The position numbers and the translations under genes are program-made. From Octopus sinensis (lineage: Eukaryota), in assembly GCF_006345805.1 (NCBI RefSeq), contig NC_043000.1:62310001-62374000 (forward strand): DNA of 64,000 bases, written 5' to 3'. The notes beneath the pieces were generated by a model. That model had not been told where the DNA came from. It worked only from the letters and a program-made list of their open reading frames with translations, and made no database searches. Shown here piece after piece: positions 1 through 11,317 of this stretch (the first letter of the stretch is position 1; each line of letters opens with the position of its first letter).

Positions 1-5
1 TAAGC

Positions 6-80
<75 letters not shown>

Positions 81-441
81 GTGTGTGTGTTTATACAGCA
101 ATATAAATATATACATGCATATGTGTATATATGTGTATATATATATTTATATATGTAAGTTTTGGGTATGTTCCTAGTAGTAAGCCGATGAAGACTTAAC
201 GTTTCTCCCATATTCCATTTTCCGTCCCTATCATTTGTTTTATATATATATATATAATACAAAATAAGGAAATGGAGAAATATATCTAAATCATTCATCA
301 ACTATCAGATAATACCGAATCATATACTTTATTAAAACACTACACAAGAGCATTAAGATTAGACATTAATACAGTACAATAATTACAATCAATATAATGA
401 GATATAACTAAATAAATATAACAAGATATAAAAATACAAAT

Positions 442-570
442 ACATTATAACTGACAGCTGTTTCGGCCATGCAGATAAGTATGTCTCATTTAACCTATAT
501 TAGCCATATATTGCAGGTATAAATGAGACATTAACAAAAAATGTTACGGCCTCTTCGGAGATTCTAATGT
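442..570 (-). ncRNA. Type I hammerhead ribozyme-like motif (U4C core) in a PLE-type 3' tail
   Basis: Minus strand reads ACATTAGAATCT-CCGAAGA-GGCC...GGCC-GAAAC-AGCT-GTC-AGTTATAATGT. Stem II is GGCC/GGCC and encloses a perfect 12-bp hairpin (481-492/520-531). Stem III is the palindrome ACAGCTGT, followed by a GUC site. Stem I is ACATTA/TAATGT plus CT/AG. Confidence 0.65.
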
Positions 571-626
571 ATAAAACAAGTTACACATATACCTATATAA
601 GTATGAGTACATACCGAAAAATCATT

Positions 627-682
<56 letters not shown>

Positions 683-1171
683 TATGTATGTATGTATAGT
701 GTGTGTGTGTGTGAGAGAGAGAGAGAAAGAGAGAGGCGGGGTGAGAGTGTCTGTCATCTCAAATTCCAACAGAAACGGGTTTTCAACAGGTATTCAAAAG
801 TTACAAGCAGTTTCATACTTTATACTAACACTCATCAGATGCATAATGCCATCATAATGATAAGAATATTGGATTCTGTCGTGACTGGTAAATAATGACT
901 ATGTAGCCTATTAGACTTAACGACATGTTATCAGTGGAGATTACTATGGTGTATGTATATATGTATGTATGTAAAGGTATACATGCATGAATGTATGTAT
1001 ATTTGTCTTTGTAACGTGCATGTCAGCGTGCATTAAAGCGCCAGTAAATTGTGAATACATCTTCAAAATTAGGGCAAACTGGAATTTTTAATGATAGATA
1101 CATCTATCTAGATATTTTTCTAACATTTACCTATTTATCTACCTAGTTATTTATCTCTCTGTATGCATTTA

Positions 1172-2448
1172 CTGGGTGGAGCAGAGAGGACGGACATTTT
1201 TGAAAACTTAACAAAATCATTAATTTTAGCTGCAAACAAATGTTATTGAGATCAATGTGTTCCTATTGAATTAGCATTTGTCAAAATCAAGTGTGGAAAA
1301 CAACATCCATCACATGGTGAGCGAATCATTTTTTTCAAATATTTCTTGGAAATTGGCCTCCACTCTCACCAGCATTGCTCTGGTGACTTCCACGCGAACA
1401 GCTTCCTTCAAATCGTTCAATATACGGGGTTTATGCGCATACACACATGCTCTGAGGTTTCCTCACAAGAAATAATCACACATAGACAAGTCAAGGGACC
1501 GAGAGGGACAAGCAAGGTCAGCAAACTTGGAAATGAGGCGGTCATTGAAAAGAGAGCGAAGAACGGCAATTGATGCTCTGCTTGTGTGGGCCGTCGCACC
1601 AGCCGACTGAAATCACTCTTGTCGAATAGGCATACGTTTTCGTCGTAATTCAGGCACAAAGAAGTTGTTTATCAACTCGATTTAACGCTCAGAGGTCACA
1701 GCAACAGCATTTCCATTATAGTCTTCAAAAAAGTAATGACCAATGACGGCAGCTTTTCCAACAGCACACCAGACCGTCAGTTTGGGGCTGTGCAGTGGTC
1801 TTTCGTGCAGTTCTCTCAGATTTTCAAGAGCCCAATAACGACAGTTCTATTGATTCACCATGCCATTGAGATGTAAATGAGTTTCATCACTCACTAACAA
1901 AATGAGGTTGTCATTTGCCTCAAAAATTGCTTCCATCTGATGTTGGAGCTTAAGCTGCTGTGCATAGTCCCATGATTTCAGCTGTTGCCCAATGACCAAT
2001 TTGTACGGGTGGAAATGCAAATCTTCATGCAAAATACGCTTTACCGACCGTTTACCGATACCAAGTTCAGTAGAAAGCCTCTGAGCAGAGCGATTCGGAC
2101 TCTGTATCAAAGCTTCTCTGACGTGTTTCACATTTTCCGGAATTCGTATCATTCGTGGAGCTCCCACCGGTCTTCTATTCATTAAAGTGCATTCACCCAA
2201 CGTAAGATTGTGTTACGGGTGGGAACAGCCTGATTTCGGAGAATGTTGAAGTGGCGCCGAAACTCATGATGAACTGCTGTGATAGACCTGTTATTCTTCA
2301 CGTAATACTCGTAGGCAATCACACGATGCTCTATCGTCCACAGCGCAATGGCTTCACCTGAAAAGGAAAAATGATGCCAAGACACCACGGACCACTGGAG
2401 CTGAGTAATAGCCATTTCAAAAACGTCCGTCCTCTCTGCTCCACCCTG
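1172..2448 (-). mobile_element. Full-length but inactivated Tc1/mariner-superfamily DNA transposon, DD41D (rosa/Visitor-type) spacing
   Basis: 34-bp TIRs at 1172-1205 and 2415-2448 with 2 mismatches; TA at the left end. Minus-strand transposase pieces: WTIEHRVIAYEYYVKNN..VPTRNTILRWV (HTH), LVSDETHLHLNGMVN, and *FQSAGATAH...SRSLDLSMCDYFL*G. 41 residues separate the second catalytic position (mutated D>A) from the final D. Several stops are present. Confidence 0.9.
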
Positions 2449-2515
2449 TGTATATAAGTGTGTATGTGTATGCATGCATCTATGTAAGTATGAATGTATG
2501 TATATATGTACGTAT

Positions 2516-2555
<40 letters not shown>

Positions 2556-2766
2556 CAATAATAATTCTCTAAATGAGATATAGACAGTAACTGCTCCATA
2601 ACATAAGGGACTAAAGCCATCTGAATATGGCTAGGGACAGGGCAGGGTGGTGGGGGTGTTACTGTTGCATTTAGCCCCAGGCGAACATCAACGTCGCCAG
2701 ATAGGCTTGACACCATCACGGCGTCCTTTATCCTGCAAAGGGAGATAATTCCCCGATGAAGCGGAA

Positions 2767-2818
2767 ACCACACACGGACCTAGGTTTCAAGGTGTATTGC
2801 CTATCATCAACGTGTGGT
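2767..2818 (-). ncRNA. Type I hammerhead ribozyme, monomer 1 (C3U core)
   Basis: Minus strand: CACACG-TTGATGA-TAGGCAATACACCTT-GAAAC-CTAG-GTC-CGTGTG. Stem I is a perfect 6 bp, stem II is AGG/CCT, stem III is the palindrome ACCTAGGT. Predicted cleavage lies between 2777 and 2776. Confidence 0.75.
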
Positions 2819-3127
2819 AGGCCCCCGCCTCCTCGACGAACAACTCACTCTGCAGGATATTATATATAGATTTTCAAGCAAAATACATTTGCTGATTTCG
2901 AAAATCTGTTCGACAGCAATAATAATTCTCTAAATGAGATATAGACAGTAACTGCTCCATAACATAAGGGACTAAAGCCATCTGAATATGGCTAGGGACA
3001 GGGCAAGGTGGTGGGGGTGTTACTGTTGCATTTAACCCCAGGCGAACATCAACGTCGCCAGATAGGCTTGACACCATCACGGCGTCCTTTATCCTGCAAA
3101 GGGAGATAATTCCCCGATGAAGCGGAA

Positions 3128-3179
3128 ACCACACACGGACCTAGGTTTCAAGGTGTATTGCCTATCATCAACGTGTGGT
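3128..3179 (-). ncRNA. Type I hammerhead ribozyme, monomer 2 (C3U core)
   Basis: Identical to the 2767-2818 motif, 361 bp downstream; predicted cleavage between 3138 and 3137. Confidence 0.75.
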
Positions 3180-3939
3180 AGGCCCCCGCCTCCTCGACGA
3201 ACAACTCACTCTGCAGGATATTTATATATAGATTTTCAAGCAAAATACATTTGCTGATTTCGAAAATCTGTTCGACAGCAATAATAATTCTCTAAATGAG
3301 ATATAGACAGTAACTGCTCCATAACATAAGGGAATAAAGCCATCTGAATATGGCTAGGGACAGGGCAGGGTGGTGGGGGTGTTACTGTTGCATTTAGCCC
3401 CAGGCGAACATCAACGTCGCCAGATAGGCTTGATGATAGGCAATACACCTTGAAACCTAGGTCCGTGTGTGGTTTCCGCTTCATCGGGGAATTATCTCCC
3501 TTTGCAGGATAAAGGACGCCGTGATGTTTTAAGAATGAAAGCTATCTTATTTGGGTGTGAGAAACTACCTACATGTATGTGTGTGTGCGCCTGTGTATGT
3601 GTGGCAGTATGTTAGGAAGCAGCTAGAGGGAAATTATATTGCAGATATTGTTGGTCAAGCGGCTGATAAAAGCCTGTGTCTGTGTGTTCGTCTGTGGCCA
3701 GTTTATATACAGATGACTTGTCAAACAAGGGGAGTATAATCTCTGATATTGTTTCTAAATAAGTAGTAGATCATACGCTAAAAGGGGAGTAATTTCCCCT
3801 TACAAATTTAATTCAAAATTTTTTTTCCAAATTTTTTCCCAAAATTTTTTTCTCTTCTTAGGACATCAAGGTGTTAATTATCTTAGGCTTCAATTGTCAA
3901 CGCACATTGAGAGACAGTTTTGTGCCATTCATATCATGG

Positions 3940-4141
3940 GCTCCTAGGGAGCGTTTTGTTCGAATAGCTTGCTGCGCATTTGTTTGGAGATTTAAATTCC
4001 TGGATTTTCCTGAAGAGAAACCTGCAAAATGGTCTCCTTATTCAATCTGAATTTGGAAATTTGCAGCCTTTGAAACATGTGTAGAAAATAATAGAAAGGA
4101 ATTTTGTAAAATTTTCGTTCAGCTCCATTTCTTCCCTTCAC

Positions 4142-4146
<5 letters not shown>
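3940..4146 (+). mobile_element. PLE pseudo-LTR-like fragment carrying a hammerhead (family B)
   Basis: About 90% similar to 25108-25316; contains the HHR at 4005-4088 and ends in (TA)n. Confidence 0.6.
4005..4088 (+). ncRNA. Type I hammerhead ribozyme (family B, canonical core)
   Basis: TTTTC-CTGAAGA-GAAAC.CTGCAAA...TTTGCAG.CCTTT-GAAAC-ATGT-GTA-GAAAA. Stem I is 5 bp, the core is intact, and the cleavage triplet is GUA. Confidence 0.75.
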
Positions 4147-4180
<34 letters not shown>

Positions 4181-4555
4181 GACGGACTTCTTTCAGTTTT
4201 TGTCTACCAGATCCATTCACAAGGTTTGGTCGGCCCGAGACTATAGCAGAAAACACTTGCTCAAGGTGCCACGCCGTGGAATTGAACCTGAAACCATGTG
4301 GTTGGGAAGCAAGTTTCTTAGCACACAGTCACATATATATGTATGTATGTACGTATGTGCGTGGGGGGTGTATACATACATATATGCATATACATGTGTG
4401 TGTGCGTGCGTGCGCATTTCTTTGTGCCTGTATTTATCGCCCACCACTGCTTGACAACCGTTGTCAGTGTGTTTCCGTCCCCATAAGTTAGCGGTTCGGC
4501 AAAACAGACCAATATAATAAGTACCAAGTTAAAAAGAGTAATAAGTACTGGAATT
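4181..4555. mobile_element. tRNA-derived SINE family B, 5' half inverted (4181-4331, minus) relative to 3' half (about 4420-4555, plus)
   Basis: Both halves match the complete minus-strand copies at 50492-50897 and 54108-54490. Confidence 0.75.
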
Positions 4556-6473
4556 CTTCAGAAAACACTGGTCTACAGAAAATACTGGTGAACTCTGGTT
4601 GTTGATTTTAATTCCTTAATTACTTTTTTTTTTTAATTAGAAAAGGAATGTGGAACAGGTAAACTGTAATGATAATAACAATAGTACTGTATCTGACGTG
4701 GTGATACTTTTCAGTGTGATAGAATCATCTTAATCACCTTAAGTGTCAGAAAAAGGAAATAGAATAATATGAAATGAGCTAATAATGTTAAACACAAGTG
4801 TTAAGTATATGTAAGAACAATAGCAAATATTATCGTTATAACTTTATAAATTGTTGTTTTCATGTCATGATGTATTATTTTAGTCTTAATATCAGTTCTA
4901 GCGATTGTTCAATGGGAGATTGTTGTCATTTATTTTGGAATATCTATCATACTTGAAACATTTAAATTATAAATTATACTGACAATTAAATCACGCCACC
5001 CACTATTTTCTAATAATATTGTCATCAACATCTTTATTTTACTTGTCATATTGTTCTTAAGAAAGCCTCAAAACGCGCAAACACACGCTCGCAGAATAAA
5101 GGGGCCATACCTAATGTACGTTTAAATCACACTAAGAACATATCTACAAGCAATATCCATATAGGAATTTAACTTGGTTAAATGACAATGATATTTAAAT
5201 GATTCACCGTTCAATAATACTTAAGATAAAAATCAGAAAATGAAATTTTGCGCTTTACATTTCATCAATTGTGAGTTATTAAATATATTTGTGCAAGTAG
5301 ATTGTTCATAATGAAATCTAGAAGAAAATTTTATTAACATCCAGATAGTTTCGTTTCCAACATGCAAACTTAAATTAATTGAAAAAAATCATATTTTAAT
5401 ATAATACGAGAACTACATCAAAATGGAAACAAATTATACGTTTACGTTCTCTTATGACTGCGTCAAATCATTCGCTTTTTATAAGCTGCTTCACTATATC
5501 TTGTCATTTCTATGTGTTCCTTATATTTGGAAAGGAAAAAATCTTGTTAATAGTTGAGGGTGCGCAAAGAGAAGAACTAAATACAAATAATTAGATATTC
5601 AATTTCAAACTTTAGAGAACCTATTCAGCGTAATATTTTCTGAAAATTGTCAAAATATATATTCTCATTGAATGACTAGAACTCTATATAATATAATTAA
5701 ATAATTTCTATGTAAAGTTAAACTAAGTTATTTTCTTTTTCTACTTTGCTCTTGGGAGAAAGGGAAACGTAAGATTCTAGAAAATAGAATCAAACATAAC
5801 ATGAAAGTTCGAAATAATGTTTTAGTTTTTCTTCGTCTAAATCTGTTTATTTATTTATTTAGTAGAAAAGTGTCTCTTTATAATTTCTCCAGGAAAACCT
5901 AAATTAAGTTTTATTTGAATTTGTTTCCAAATAGATATGAAGTGGAGAAATTTTATGAATCATAAGGTGTTACGATAAAGCTACACCTAAAATGTAGCTT
6001 TTGAACGTTACATCTTTTCTTGTGTTCATATTGAATGCACATATTTGTGGAAAATTTTTTGACATATTGGAGTGCATTATTCTCTGCATTAGAGTTATAT
6101 CAGCAGCGAAGATTATTTGGAGTTTTAATACATTAACAACATATATTTATTGGGATTCCTGTTATCTTTTACCTTAGAAATACCTAAGAAAAATACTTAA
6201 ATACGTCAAAACTACAGAGATCATTTAGGAATAGCGGGAATTGCTTCCTTTTAAAGAATATATAACTTGACCTGCATATAAACTTCTGTCAGAACCATAC
6301 GTTATACGCATTTTATTGAATAGCTTGTGAACATTTGGCATTATCCAGCTCTCTCTTTTGCCAGTTCGTTTTGTCTCAAAAGTTATTTGCTTTTAAGGGA
6401 GGAAAATTTTAAGTATCTATCATTCATCTTTGAAAGTGCTTTAATTATAATTTCCTTAATATTTTAGTATTAC

Positions 6474-6494
6474 TGTAGTGGTAGTAGTAGTAGC

Positions 6495-6536
<42 letters not shown>

Positions 6537-6625
6537 TGTGGTGGTGGTGGTGGTGGTGGTGGTGGTGGTGGTGGTGGTGGTGGTGGTGGCGGCGGTGGTG
6601 GCGGTGGTGGTGGTTGCAGTAATAA

Positions 6626-6658
<33 letters not shown>

Positions 6659-6726
6659 AAGAAGAAGAAGAGAAGAAGAAGAAGAAGAAGAAGAAGAAGA
6701 AGAAGAAGAAGAAGAAGAAGAAGATG

Positions 6727-6757
<31 letters not shown>
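6474..6757. repeat. Compound trinucleotide microsatellite (TAG)n-(TGG)n-(TAG)n-(GAA)n-(CAA)n
   Basis: Directly visible; it explains the low-complexity ORFs at 6456-6834. Confidence 0.95.
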
Positions 6758-6758
<1 letters not shown>

Positions 6759-7401
6759 AGTATATGGAAACATATTCAGACTAACCATGAGGCATAGTCT
6801 GAAACTGACTTTAAGTTACCAAAAAATAAGGTGAAGCGAATGTAATCTGAAATGGTTTCACCATATTGCAAAACACTGGTACAGAATGATATAATGAATA
6901 AACTGTAATATTATGACATCGACTAAAATACCTTTCATACTGAACAGGAGAAAACAAAACAGAGGTACACAAAGTAGAGTTGAATGAAATATAAGCGCAT
7001 ACAATCATATTTAACGCATTTGTGCACATTCGAATATGGAAAGACCGTTTTTCGCATCGTTATGCTTCGTCGGCTACGTATACCGAATGAGATTTTCAGA
7101 GCTCTATAAGAACGATTGTTCTTATTTATAAGAACAACAAATAGTATATTTGCTGATGTGTGGAACGCTTGGTCAAGATGGAATTATTTAACTAGAAGTG
7201 CAGAAAAATATACATGCAGTACAATCATATTTAACACTTCGCTACGGGAAGAGCTTTCGCTGCAAAAACAGTCTCGGGTAAAAAATTCTTCTCACCGACA
7301 ACATGTTTCAAAAATACATCGTTGGGCTATGAATGACGTCATGACATCGTAAGACGCCGGTGTTTCTGCGTCCTTACATTTCATCCACATATATGCATAG
7401 A

Positions 7402-10400
7402 TAAATTTCTTTATTGGCCACACAGGGCTAGACACAGAGGGGACAATTACAATGTAGAGTTTTTCTTTTCGAGGGGGACGAAAACAATTAAAAAAAAAAA
7501 AAACTAGGGACAACGATCAAAATGGATCGAAATCGTTGGGGATATGTGCAAAAATTGTCGAAATAGTACAAAAAGTTCCCAAGGAATGGGAAAGTTTATC
7601 CGTGGAAAGAAAAACCAACGAAAAGACCACAGTAACCTCGGGCAATAATGTCACATATTAACACATTTATTTACAAGTAACTTTCTATTTTAATTTTTTT
7701 TCCCGTTCATAGGATCATGCTCAAGGTGGCTTGTCATTCATACGTACCATCCTTGCTACATTCACCCATCTTTCTTTTTTAAACTTTCGTTAGACAAAAC
7801 TTGCCTCTCTACTCTCACCTTCCTTTTCAAGTGATACTTGAAAAAGTTGATGAGAGATTGACCAGAGAGGAAAGTGTTTCTCTCTAATCCTTTCAGACGC
7901 ATTCACCAGATACATTCTTTCACCATAGTCACAAGTACGATGAAAATAGTATTTCCTTCCCGTTTGAAGGAAGGAGGCGTGACAATATTGACGATAGACT
8001 CGGCTGATAAACCGACTCGTCCTACACGTGACAGCAGTCGTTCGACATAAGCCCACAGGTCGGAAATGGTTGAACACTGGACGAGTGCGTGCAGAACGGT
8101 TTCATCGCTCTGATCGCATCTTGAGCAAATCGGCCCCGTGTTTCTCTAGCCGTGTCTGGAGAGTTTATCCCGAACGGGTAGCACTTCTCGGTAACACTGC
8201 CAGGCCAGGGATCTCTGGAAGTTGTCCATAGATCCCGGCCCGAAAGTCGTCGTCAACAGGCGGGTCAGGTATTACTCGTCGACGCCCAGGTTCTTCCCGA
8301 GATCGTCGTCGTACTCCCCTCCACTAATTCCCTATAGAATAGTTTGGTTGTGATGCAGTCGCTCAAGGTCGACCCGGAATAGCAGAGCTGCTCCAGAGCA
8401 ACGCGACACTCGCGGTGCCATTCGCCCTTCCTCGGCCTCTTCTTGAAACAGTGATCCCACCTCTCCACCGTCGTCTACGTAGAGCTGGAGATGTCGCAGT
8501 TTTAGCGCATATCTGCGCATCATCAACTACGGCATGCCCAGCCCTCCTTTCAGCGAGTGTTGGCAACAAACGGATCGCCTTACCATCGGAACGCTTCCTT
8601 TCCACAAGAAGCGGAAGAGGATACGTTCCAGTTTGGAGATGGTAGGGTTCAGACAAGCCACGATGGTCAGGTGGTCGTTGATGATACACGCGATGTACGC
8701 GTTCGCCACCTCCACCTGACCTTTTAGGGATAGCTTCCTCTCGGCCCATTGCCGGGAGAGAGTGATCACCCTACTCGTTATCTCGTCCCAGTTCTTCTCT
8801 GTTTGGAGGTCCGGACCAAACTATACTCCGAGCAGCTTAACTGGCCTGTCCGTCCAGCGTTCCACTACTGAGGCGCTGCCAGACGGCATGGGCTTGCTTC
8901 TCCAGGTGCCGAGTCGCAAGCACACTGACTTTTCCCGGTTGATTTTCGCTCCCGTCACCGCTTCGTAGTCTATCAGTGTCTTGCCGACCAGCTCGATGGG
9001 CTCGTGGCTAGACACTATGACGGTGACGTCGTACGCGTATGCGGACACGCTTGTCCCGCAACTCAGTTCTCGTGGAATGCTCCTCAGTGTCGCCAGCTTC
9101 TGCAGTAGTTGCTCGAGAGTCAATACGTACAGAAGCGACGAGAGGGGGCATCCCTGACATCTCTGACGGACCGAGCGTGCAATGTCGAAAGGTCTCGATA
9201 TATGTCTATTTACACGAAGTACCGAACAGATGCCTCGGTACAAGGCTGCCATCCAGCCGCGGAAGAAGGGATCGAAACTGGCTGCTATGAGGACAGCCTC
9301 CAAGTATCGATGGTCTACCCTATCGAAAGCTTTGAATTGATCCAAATAGATCAGGGCCCCATGTCAGGTTCCTTAACAACCATGTCTACAATGGAGATTG
9401 TCATGGATGCTCCGGTCCGGAACGGCGCACGTTTGCCGCTTTTCGACCAGTTTCTCGATGACAAGCGCTAACCTCTTGGCTAATACCTTGGCCAAAATTT
9501 TCAAGTCAGCATTGAGCAGAGTGATAAGCCTAAAGTTATTTATTACGTCCTCCCTTGTTTGGATCTTTCTTCAGCAGCGTTACAGCTCCTCGGCTCACAA
9601 AATCGGGTATGCTTCCATTCTGCTGCTAGTTGCAGTACACCGCTGCCAAGACGTTTCCAAACAAGTCTGGCATACAATTGTAAAGCTCGTAAGGCAGACC
9701 ATTCAAACCCGGCGATTTGTCCCTCGAGCATCCTGCCATCGTGTCCCTCACTTCCACCACCGTGACGGCACCTTCGCAGCATTCTGCCTCTCTCACCGAG
9801 AACCGTGGCAAGCTGTGCAGGTAGGCACTGCAGTCCACCCTGCGTTCCCGCTCGCCACTCGTCCCAAACAGTCGGGCAAAATGCTGCTGAAACGCCTCGC
9901 ACACCTTGCCGAGCTCGAGCAATTCGCGGCCCTGTTCATCTACCAGAGACCGAATGGTGGCTTTGTTGCCCCGTTGCAACTCCGCCACTTGGGCCTCACC
10001 CGCGGCTCCAACACCTTCGTTTCTTAGAGCACGCATCCTAGCCCTGACAACACACCCTTCGTGTTTGGCATTGAAATGATGGTCGAGGGCCAACCTCGCT
10101 GCCAAAACGTCGGATGCAATGCCGCTTCTTATCGCCTCTCCTGACTTCGTAACTAGCTCACCCTCTACTCTGTTTCTATCTATGGCTAGTGCTTTGCTAT
10201 ATCTAATCGCCTCCGCTTTTACTGCTCTCTTGAGGGCAAACCACCATTTGTTGTTACTCACGGTTCCCGTCAAAGCCCTCTTTACTAGCGTGCTAATTCG
10301 TTCTCTGAAAACCTGTCTCGACGGGAAAGACGCGATCAGTTTCGAGTAACCGGGGCAGCTGCTTATGTGCCTTATCTAAGTCTAGCGTACACGTCACAAG

Positions 10401-10960
10401 TTTGTGGTCCGTGTAGCTGTCTATGTGGAATTGTGGACATCCTGAGCTATTCCTATCTACTACCCTACACAGTATCCTATCTAGATACGATCTCGATGAC
10501 CCAATGCGGTTGCTCTATGTCGACGTTGGAGCATTTGGGTGGCCGAGTCGGTACCTGTCAGACAGTTGAAAGCGTCTGAGCATGTCTCTGAGGCATTTGC
10601 ATCCCCGTCTATTTCTGTCCCTTCCCACGTAGTCTAGATGTGTGTCCAAGGTAGCATTCCAAGACAACTAGTCTACCCTCCGAGTCTACGAATATCGTCT
10701 TTACTTCGAGATCCAAACTTTTGCGAAAAAGTACCGCGGTGCCACTACAGGCCATCCTCGGCAGATAAGGAGAAAAATAAATGTTAAACTGAAGGCAGTG
10801 TAGGGAATTCAACGTCAAACGAGTTGCCAAAGAGACTGGTGTTCATTACAAAACTGTCTTCATGTCTTGAAGACAACATCCTCAAAACAAAAATAGCTAA
10901 GAAAGCCGAAACCAAATTCACAAAATCAGGAAACTCGCCACGCATAAGGAATATGCACTA
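7402..10960 (-). mobile_element. L1/Tx1-clade non-LTR retrotransposon, ORF2 region (APE endonuclease, RT, C-terminal zinc region), degenerate
   Basis: Minus-strand fragments: GTAVLFRKSLDLEVKTIFVDSEGRLVVL (EN), DQFKAFDRVDH and QGCPLSSLLYVL and SAYAYDVTV (RT, YADD>YAYD), WAERKLSLKGQV..LERILFRFLW..GGLGMP. AATAAA lies at 7415-7410 near the 3' end. Many frameshifts; no ORF1 recognised. Confidence 0.9.
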
Positions 10961-11317
10961 TACGTAATTTACTTCGAGATAACCCGAAAAAAAAAATGAA
11001 ATAATCAGCCAAAGAATACCTTTGATCATCGACTTACTGGAACATCAATTAACTGATTAAATCAAAAATATGGCCAATATGCTAAATCCAAATAAAATTT
11101 ACTGCAACTGTTAGAGAATGTTTTAAACATTTTAAACTGATATTCATTTGAGCAATAAATTCGTTTCATATTATGAATTTATTTTTCATATTTAATTAAC
11201 GTGATACTTTATTTTTAATCCGGTATTATATATGATAACTACTGGCCTGAATTTTACCTAACACTGTAGAAAACCAATGCGTAGGGAAGCATGAACCATC
11301 TAATTTCTATCCGCATT

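Larger units (their letters stand above)
2555..3526 (-). repeat. Tandem array of a 361/362-bp hammerhead-containing monomer (about 2.4 copies plus a terminal inverted segment); retrozyme-like
   Basis: Units start AGCAATAATAATTCTC at 2554, 2915 and 3277. Only 3 substitutions and 1 indel were seen between copies. 3430-3526 is the reverse complement of the segment expected next. The array begins at a (TA)n tract. Confidence 0.9.

Noticed and set aside
185-210. CCGATGAAGAC followed by an inverted GAAACGTTAA
   Set aside because: The hammerhead halves lie on opposite strands and cannot form a ribozyme.
2811-2860. HDV-ribozyme-like GCCTCCTCGAC on the plus strand of the tandem monomer
   Set aside because: It resembles HDV P3/L3, but the 3' strand of P3, the P1.1 GG and the P2 partner are absent.
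2555-3433. CRISPR-like array or a structural RNA gene cluster
   Set aside because: The units are long and fully repeated with no unique spacers, and there is no rRNA, snRNA or tRNA similarity.
2480-3484. Repeated 82-97 aa minus-strand ORFs (MWFPLHRG...) in the tandem array
   Set aside because: No recognisable domain, the C-termini differ between copies, and the unit is better explained as structured non-coding RNA.
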